Shown in pieces: positions 25,763-32,145 of a stretch of 32,145 bases of DNA; positions within the stretch are counted from its first letter, which is position 1, and each line of letters begins with the position of its first letter. Both the position numbers and the translations under genes were made by a program. Below the pieces are notes generated by a model, which did no database searches, was not told the origin of the DNA, and saw nothing but the letters and a program-made list of their open reading frames with translations. The DNA is from Candidatus Parcubacteria bacterium (lineage in GTDB: Bacteria > Patescibacteriota > Minisyncoccia > Phycocordibacterales > UBA918), in assembly GCA_046050355.1 (NCBI GenBank), contig JBJOPW010000014.1, positions 1 to 32,145 of the forward strand, given 5' to 3'.

Positions 25763-26488
25763 ATGAAAAACCACCGTGGCAACATCATCCCCGCGACCTT
25801 AGCAGCCAGCGCTATCCTCGGTGTGATTGCGAGTGTGAGTCTCCTCTTCTTTCGTGATACCCAGACAGCGGCGGTCGGCAACTTCAGTCTAAGTCCCAGC
25901 GCTGCGGTGGTTGATACTGACAACACCGTCACCGTTGATCTCGTGGTCACCACCGACACGAGTGTGAATGCTTTTGGTGGGACCCTCTTTTTTGATGAGG
26001 AAATCCTTGCGGTCGAAAAGATCGACTACAACACCTCGATAGCTGACCTCTGGGCCAAGGCACCGTGGTATGAAAAAGGTTCGGGTACTATCTCCTTTGG
26101 TGGCGGAACCACGAAGCCTGGTGGCTTCATAGGGCAAGGCACTCTCCTCACCATCACCTTTATGGCCCGAACACCCGGCAAAGCGGCGGTCTCAGTACAA
26201 GATATTCAGATCCTTGAACACGATGGGTATGGCACACCACTGACCACTGATACCGAAATTGATAGTGTCCTGACTATTGTCCCCCACACCCCAAGTCATG
26301 AAGAAAAATCGATTGTGATTGTCCGCCCGGAAAATGTCTCAAGCGACCTAAACAACGACGGAACGGTCTCCCTCAAAGATGCGAGTATCATGCTCGGCTA
26401 CCTCACTACCGGCGACCTCCGCGGCGACATCAATGGTGATGGTCGGGTGTCGCTCGCTGACATGAGCACCCTCATGAGTAACTTCTAG
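25763..26488 (+). CDS. Surface protein with cohesin-like domain and C-terminal dockerin
   Basis: N-terminal TM; beta-sandwich VNAF.G.L.FD...ISFGGG...GTLLTITF; duplicated Ca-binding loops DLNNDGTVSLKD and DINGDGRVSLAD. Confidence 0.8.
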   Translation: MKNHRGNIIPATLAASAILGVIASVSLLFFRDTQTAAVGNFSLSPSAAVVDTDNTVTVDLVVTTDTSVNAFGGTLFFDEEILAVEKIDYNTSIADLWAKAPWYEKGSGTISFGGGTTKPGGFIGQGTLLTITFMARTPGKAAVSVQDIQILEHDGYGTPLTTDTEIDSVLTIVPHTPSHEEKSIVIVRPENVSSDLNNDGTVSLKDASIMLGYLTTGDLRGDINGDGRVSLADMSTLMSNF

Positions 26489-27663
26489 ACAGCACCGAAC
26501 GATTCGGTCACCGCAAGGAGTTCGGCTGATTCATTGGTTCGAACAACCGCCGCTAACACCGTCGAACCTTGACTCGAGATAATGCCATCCCGACCAATAG
26601 TCATTTCATTACGATCCTCATCGAGGTCAATCCCAATCGATGTAAGACCGCCTAGTAATAGAGCGCGTAGCTGCGGACTGCGTTCGGCAGCGGTAGCAGT
26701 GAGCACCACGGCATCAAGACCGCCCAAGGCTACCAGGTACGAACCAAGTGTCTTTTGAAAACGATAGACGCACTGCTGAAAGGCAGCAGTCACGGCCTCA
26801 TCTCCCTGTTCGAGCCGCGCGAGGAGGTGGCGAAAATCCGACTCGCCAGTCTGACCGACAAACCCACCGCGGGTCTGGAGGTACGTATGCATATCAAGCG
26901 GCTTCATATGATGGATACGCATGAGCTCGAGCACCACCGCTGGCTCAATGTCCCCCGTGCGTGCGCCCATCATAAGTCCACTGCCCGGGGCAAAGCCCAT
27001 CGTCGTATCGATACTGACGCCGTTCTTAAGTGCACACATGCTCATACCACTTCCCACATGACAAACCACTACCCGATGAGCGGTCGATGGCAGGAGTGTC
27101 GGTAATTGCTTGGCAATAGAAGCGTACGATAAGCCATGGTAACCAAAGCGGTAGAGATCGTGGGTACGCATATCCTCTTGTTCAATCGCCAACGTTCGCG
27201 CATAAGCGGGGATGGTACTATGAAAAGCACTATCGGAGACTCCCACCACCAGAGCGGTTGGCAAGAGACGCAGTGTCTCATCAAGTTCAGCGAGCGTATG
27301 GGGAATATGTAAGGGCGCAAGCACTCGGGCAGCTTCAAGACGATTCCGATATTCAGTATCAACCCGCCGGTGAGTGGTGAAGTAGGTACCCGGCGCAACT
27401 ACCCGTAACCCAACCCGGGTGATGGCTTCGGCACTCGGGAGCAGCTGTTCTGCCACCGCGGTCGAGAGGACGTACGCAAGGGCTGACGTGTACTCGAGTC
27501 CGGTAATACCGGCACAGAGCTGCCCCTGGCCGTTGTGTTCACGACAAACTTCATACTGCTGTTCGTTACGCTCAAAACGGTACGTCGCAACGACTCGCCC
27601 ATCGGTCGTAAGCGTGTATTTTTTTGAGGCAGAACCGGGATTAATGATTAACGTGAATGCCAT
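26485..27663 (-). CDS. ackA: Acetate kinase (divergent)
   Basis: INPGSASKK, LAPLH, DSAFH, GYHGLS, CHVGSG, DTTMGFAP, RTGDIEP. Confidence 0.88.
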   Translation of the reverse strand: MAFTLIINPGSASKKYTLTTDGRVVATYRFERNEQQYEVCREHNGQGQLCAGITGLEYTSALAYVLSTAVAEQLLPSAEAITRVGLRVVAPGTYFTTHRRVDTEYRNRLEAARVLAPLHIPHTLAELDETLRLLPTALVVGVSDSAFHSTIPAYARTLAIEQEDMRTHDLYRFGYHGLSYASIAKQLPTLLPSTAHRVVVCHVGSGMSMCALKNGVSIDTTMGFAPGSGLMMGARTGDIEPAVVLELMRIHHMKPLDMHTYLQTRGGFVGQTGESDFRHLLARLEQGDEAVTAAFQQCVYRFQKTLGSYLVALGGLDAVVLTATAAERSPQLRALLLGGLTSIGIDLDEDRNEMTIGRDGIISSQGSTVLAAVVRTNESAELLAVTESFGAV

Positions 27664-30002
27664 GTCCAGTTAGTAATTTCGAGTGGATCATCCCCATGCT
27701 CAATAATATACGCCCGGTGTGATTCGAGTTTTTCTTGGTAGACATCCTTGAGACGCTTCGCTTCTTGGGCGGTAATCACGCGAGTGTGTTCAGCAATCGC
27801 AAAAGCCTCCATCGCAAGGTGGTAGCGGTCGACATGGTTGCGCACCATCATGTCAAAGGCAGTGGTGGTTGAACCACTCTCTTCGTAGCCATGGACGGTG
27901 AAACGTGATGCGTCTCCCCCGTAGTCAAAAAGAATTTGTTTAATAGTCTGCGGATAGCCGTGGAAGTTGATACGGACCGGCTTGTCTTCGGTAAAGTAAT
28001 CTTCAAATTCGTGACGAAGGACCAGGTGCTTCGAATTGCCCAGTCCACCACCGGAAAGCGCACTGATGTTCACGTAGCGCATGCGGAAAGCGGGAATTTC
28101 ACGGCGAACAATACTGATAGCCGCCAAAGTCTCCTGTGTTGGGTAGTCGCCGGCTGAGGCATAGACCATGTGGGGGTCGCTATCTGACGCAAAGTCCCAA
28201 ATAGCAATACCCATATCGATATCACGCTTGGCCTCGGTGGCTGTTCGCCAAATGGGGAGCGGGCGCTTTTCACAGACCATCACATTGATCTCTCGTTCAC
28301 TATCCATCATGCGAGCAAAAGCAGCGAGCGCGAGATTGGCGTCGGCTGGGAAATAGACGTTGGTGAAATCGCTCTGGCGCTGGAGTACTCCATCGATAAA
28401 GCCAGGGTTCTGGTGGGAAAAGCCGTTGTGCTCTTGGCGCCAGCCGGTAGAGGTGAGGATGTAGTTGAGTGACGCAATGGTGCCGCGCCATGGTACCTGA
28501 CGCGCAATCTTGAGGAACTTCGCGTACTGGTCAGTCATACTCGCGACAATCTGGGCAAAGGCTTCGTATGAGACCAACAGTCCATGACGGCCAGTGAGGA
28601 TGTACCCCTGGAGGAGACCTTGGAGACTATGTTCGGAGAGCATCTCGAGGACTCGTCCATCGCGGGAGATGTCTTTGTCCCAGGGCTTCAATGGCCAAAG
28701 GAACGAACGGGTCGTCGTCTCGAATACGGCGTGGATTTTGTTCGAGTAGGTTTCATCCGGCGACATAAGACGGAGATTACGACGATCAGCATTGAGCGTC
28801 ATGGTGTCGCGGAGGTAAGCACCAATTTTTTCCATACTACTTTCCATCCCGCAGATAGGGTCGTCGAGGTTGCAAGTATTGCCTGAACTGTAGGCACTGG
28901 TGTCTGGGAGTACTAGCTTCTGGTAGTGCGGCTGGCCACCACGGGCGTACGAGGAATTACCCATACGGCGTTCAGGCTTTGGGACCAAAGATTCGATACC
29001 GGCCGTGAAGCCCTGACCACTAAAGAGCTCGTCGAAATGATACGACTGGAGCCACGCCTCAAGCGCATCGCGGTGCGTGCTGTTGGTCTTCGCAAATTCG
29101 GCGATTACCTGGTGTGAAGCATGATTGTCTTCGAGCCGCTTGCCCACGAGCTCAGGAATGCTGTGCCAACCCTTGGGAGTACGGAGGATAATCATCGGCC
29201 AGCGGGGTGGCTGGTGGAGGTTTCCTTCGCGCGCGATATGCTGCGTAAACTGGATAGCTGATACCGCAGTATCAAGCACCTCCATCATGCGCGTATGCAC
29301 ATCCTCTTCGGTATACGCATCGACAATATGTGGCTCGTAGCCGTAGCCAGTAAAGAGGGCGGTTAGCTCTTCGTCACTCATCCGACCAGCAAAAGTCGGA
29401 CCAGAAATTTTGTAGCCATTGAGGTGGAGTATTGGTAAGACGGCGCCGTTGGTGGCCGGATCAAGGAGTTTATTTAAATGCCAAGCGGTGGCAGTAGGGC
29501 CAGTTTCAAATTCACCGTCACCAATCAGGCAGGCAGCAATCAGTGATGGATTATCAAGCACAGCACCATAGGCGGTCGCGAGGGCATACCCCAGTTCCCC
29601 ACCCTCGAGAATCACCCCCGGGGCTTCCGGGTTACTATGACTCGGGAAACCATACGGCCAACTAAACTGCCCCGCGAGGTACGAGAGACCAGCTTCGGTT
29701 CGAGGGATTTTTTCGTAGTACTGACTGAGGGTACCCTCAAGGAAAAGGTTCGCCTGAATGGCAGGAAAACCGTGACCCGGACCAAGCACAAAAAGCATAT
29801 CGAGATCGTGCGCAATAATCGCACGATTGAGGTGGGCGTAGGTAAAATTGATACCAGGGCAAGTCCCCCAGTGACCCAACAGTCGGGTCTTGATATGCTC
29901 CGGCGCCAACGGATCTTCAAGGAGGAAGTTGGCTTGTAAGTAGATTTGAATAGCTGACAAATAATCAGCGGCACGGATGTATTCCAAAAGAGCTTCTCGC
30001 AT
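27648..30002 (-). CDS. xfp: Phosphoketolase (XFP)
   Basis: LLGHWGTCPG, GPGHG, EGGELGY, GDGEFETGP, HLNGYKIS, EMLSEH, QEHNGFSHQNPG. Confidence 0.96.
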   Translation of the reverse strand: MREALLEYIRAADYLSAIQIYLQANFLLEDPLAPEHIKTRLLGHWGTCPGINFTYAHLNRAIIAHDLDMLFVLGPGHGFPAIQANLFLEGTLSQYYEKIPRTEAGLSYLAGQFSWPYGFPSHSNPEAPGVILEGGELGYALATAYGAVLDNPSLIAACLIGDGEFETGPTATAWHLNKLLDPATNGAVLPILHLNGYKISGPTFAGRMSDEELTALFTGYGYEPHIVDAYTEEDVHTRMMEVLDTAVSAIQFTQHIAREGNLHQPPRWPMIILRTPKGWHSIPELVGKRLEDNHASHQVIAEFAKTNSTHRDALEAWLQSYHFDELFSGQGFTAGIESLVPKPERRMGNSSYARGGQPHYQKLVLPDTSAYSSGNTCNLDDPICGMESSMEKIGAYLRDTMTLNADRRNLRLMSPDETYSNKIHAVFETTTRSFLWPLKPWDKDISRDGRVLEMLSEHSLQGLLQGYILTGRHGLLVSYEAFAQIVASMTDQYAKFLKIARQVPWRGTIASLNYILTSTGWRQEHNGFSHQNPGFIDGVLQRQSDFTNVYFPADANLALAAFARMMDSEREINVMVCEKRPLPIWRTATEAKRDIDMGIAIWDFASDSDPHMVYASAGDYPTQETLAAISIVRREIPAFRMRYVNISALSGGGLGNSKHLVLRHEFEDYFTEDKPVRINFHGYPQTIKQILFDYGGDASRFTVHGYEESGSTTTAFDMMVRNHVDRYHLAMEAFAIAEHTRVITAQEAKRLKDVYQEKLESHRAYIIEHGDDPLEITNWTWHSR

Positions 30003-30105
30003 ACAGAGGTAGTATACCAGTCACGCTGATGGCAGTAGTTGTTTTACTGTTCACAAAATCGAGAGTAGAGCACAGAACATATCCTATGGTATACTCTCTC
30101 GCGCT

Positions 30106-30513
30106 ATGAAAAAAACAGACACGCTTGTCGTAAAACGCGGCACCCATGGACTCGGACTCTTTACCACGGCCCCAATTACGAAAGGGGCACGCATCATCGA
30201 ATACACCGGTGAAAAAATTACCGCGGACGAGGCTAATCGACGGGGTGGTCAATACCTGTTTGAAATCAACGACAATTTTACGATTGATGGACGGGGTCGC
30301 AAAAACACCGCTCGCTATATCAACCACTCGTGCCGCCCGAACTGTTATCCGGAAATTGACGAAGACGAAGAGCATATCTACATCTACGCCAAGCGAGCTA
30401 TCAAGCCAGAGGAGGAACTCACCTACGACTACGGCAAAGAGTTTTGGAACGAATATATCAAACCAAAACAATGTCGTTGTGACAAATGCACTAAGGCAAG
30501 GGTAAAAGCCTAA
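30106..30513 (+). CDS. SET-domain lysine methyltransferase with post-SET
   Basis: HGLGLF, IEYTGE, ARYINHSCRPN, EELTYDYG, CRCDKC. Confidence 0.93.
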   Translation: MKKTDTLVVKRGTHGLGLFTTAPITKGARIIEYTGEKITADEANRRGGQYLFEINDNFTIDGRGRKNTARYINHSCRPNCYPEIDEDEEHIYIYAKRAIKPEEELTYDYGKEFWNEYIKPKQCRCDKCTKARVKA

Positions 30514-30550
30514 ACCAAAAACTCCTCACCTACGATTAGAGTGAGTAGTT

Positions 30551-31177
30551 TTAGGAAGTGGGGGCAGGGAGTTCACTTGGTGTGGGAGTACCTGGTGTGC
30601 CACTATCCCCCTCAACGGCGTCTCCAGTACCTTCGCTACTATTCTCAGTAGCTCCAGTATCGGAACTTGTGGCAGTGGTAGTAGCTGGTGTTTCAGGGAC
30701 TGGTGGAGGTGTCGGCGTATCAGCGGGTGTAAGTCCACCGTTTGGACGTACATCGCTACTTTGGACCGGGACGGTAATGGTACTCTCACCTTCACGTACT
30801 TCACCACGATTGATTCGTTCGTTACGCTCGTTGACGACGGCGACCACATCAATCTGACCATTATCACTCATCCCAATGGTAACACCAGCACCACAAAGAA
30901 GAAGGACAGTACTAAGTGTCCACATGAGTGAACGACGACTGCGCGAAACAGCCCGACGCTGTTCGCGGATTGGGGTGGGAGCACGACGAGCTGGTTCGCT
31001 ACGAATAGCTTCGGCCGGTGCGGTCTCTACCGCTGACTCAGCACGTTTGCGCGGGGCGCGGGGGGCGCGTGGGGCCGGCGCTTCACCGTCAGGAACAGTC
31101 ACCACTCGCTTGCGAGGCGCGCGTTTTTTGGGGGCTAGCGTTTCTTCTTCGGTTGTCGTTGTTCGCGCACGCGGCAT
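30551..31177 (-). CDS. Single-TM low-complexity protein (basic N-terminus, Pro/Thr/acidic C-terminus)
   Basis: APKKRAPRKR / APRAPRAPRKR repeats, one TM, SDNGQIDV; TAGAAT 8 nt before ATG 31177. Confidence 0.75.
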   Translation of the reverse strand: MPRARTTTTEEETLAPKKRAPRKRVVTVPDGEAPAPRAPRAPRKRAESAVETAPAEAIRSEPARRAPTPIREQRRAVSRSRRSLMWTLSTVLLLCGAGVTIGMSDNGQIDVVAVVNERNERINRGEVREGESTITVPVQSSDVRPNGGLTPADTPTPPPVPETPATTTATSSDTGATENSSEGTGDAVEGDSGTPGTPTPSELPAPTS

Positions 31178-31213
31178 GTCAAGATATTCTAGCATTTGTT
31201 ACACTAGATACAT

Positions 31214-32020
31214 ATGCTCGGAACCCTTCTTATCAACATCTTTCTTTTTGCGCTCATTATCTTCACGATGTCGACACTCATCTTCTTATATTCGGCATAC
31301 AAAGAGGATATGAGTGTGATGGATATAGCGTATGGGCCATTATTTGCTATTGGTGCCTGGTTCGCCATCATCATTACTGATGGCTATTATCCCCTCACCC
31401 TTCTCGTCGCGAGCCTTATCACACTCTGGGCACTGCGACTTGGCGTCCGTATTTGGCGAAAGAATCATGGTAAGCCCGAAGACGCCCGCTACGCCGCTTG
31501 GCGCCAAGCCTGGATGCGACAGGGTCGTCAGTACTTCCTCAGGCGGAGTTACCTCCAAGTTAATTTGTTTCAGGGTCTCATTATCTGCATCATTGCGCTC
31601 CCGTTTATCGTTACCCTCTCAGCTGGCGACGTGCACGGCACCTGGCAAACCGCAGTTGGTGCTCTCCTCATGCTCTTTGGGCTCGGGTACGAAACCACGG
31701 CCGACTGGCAACTCGATCGTTTCTTGGCGCGTAAGCGCGCTGGCGCTGAGCTTGCACCAATTATGACAACCGGGCTCTTTCACTACAGTCGCCGACCAAA
31801 CTACTTTGGCGAGGTCTTAATCTGGGTCGGGCTCGCCACCATGGCCTTTCCTCTTCCCTACGGAGTGTGGGCGCTACTGAGTCCTCTCCTTATCTGGTAC
31901 ATCGTAACCCGTGTCACCGGACCAATGCTTGAAAAAATCTTTCTCGAGAAATACCCCCTCGACTACCGTGCGTATATGGATCGTACGAATTACTTTATTC
32001 CCGGAAAGCCAAAGTCCTAA
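31214..32020 (+). CDS. DUF1295 / steroid 5-alpha-reductase-like membrane protein
   Basis: MDIAYG, WALRLG, EDARY, ADWQL, GLFHYSRRPNYFGE, RTNYFIP. Confidence 0.92.
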   Translation: MLGTLLINIFLFALIIFTMSTLIFLYSAYKEDMSVMDIAYGPLFAIGAWFAIIITDGYYPLTLLVASLITLWALRLGVRIWRKNHGKPEDARYAAWRQAWMRQGRQYFLRRSYLQVNLFQGLIICIIALPFIVTLSAGDVHGTWQTAVGALLMLFGLGYETTADWQLDRFLARKRAGAELAPIMTTGLFHYSRRPNYFGEVLIWVGLATMAFPLPYGVWALLSPLLIWYIVTRVTGPMLEKIFLEKYPLDYRAYMDRTNYFIPGKPKS

Positions 32021-32145
32021 CTGAACCACCCTCGCCTCAAGGCGAGGGGTTCTTCGTGGCTTCAAGCACGGACTGAAGTCCTCTCGTTTGTTACGCACTG
32101 AGTACGGTGAAGTTGTCACCACGTTTTTCAGCGTCATCATCTTGG
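32021..32145 (-). mobile_element. Probable right end of an IS200/IS605-family element with the last codons of an ORF (32091-32144)
   Basis: Minus strand reads QDDDAEKRGDNFTVLSA*, then GGACTTCAGTCC and subterminal hairpin CCCTCGCCT-tg-AGGCGAGGG, ending GGTTCAG immediately after the DUF1295 stop. Confidence 0.5.

Overview
This is a bacterial window whose gene content and signals suggest a Patescibacteria/CPR (Parcubacteria-like) genome; that assignment is inference only. From left to right it holds: (1) an AT-rich island (1-~3270) with a large serine recombinase, methyltransferase, Rrf2 regulator and a DUF2834-like pseudogene, abutting the 3' end of tRNA-Ser(GCT); (2) an MFS transporter and a malic enzyme; (3) a 3.7-kb minus-strand array (6130-9800) of orphan, mostly GC-rich genes; (4) recG with an in-frame palindromic insertion, a nitroreductase, a rare tRNA-Ile(TAT) abutted by an HTH/LAGLIDADG-like gene, a MacAB-like ABC system, ftsH, patatin, smpB, two more orphans and tmRNA; (5) small accessory genes, a cohesin-dockerin protein, phosphoketolase plus acetate kinase, a SET-domain protein, DUF1295 and the probable end of an IS200/IS605 element. 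The main signal is a contrast in translation signals. Ordinary genes have no Shine-Dalgarno (SD) site, and many have a -10 box only 6-10 nt before the ATG. The GC-rich orphan cassettes instead have their own sigma70-like promoters, hairpin 5' leaders and strong SD sites. Several also end in a shared ~112-120 nt three-hairpin RNA motif that shows covariation. This looks like a second class of mRNA built for a different translation system, possibly the host's. All folding, GC estimates and family calls were made by eye, without tools.
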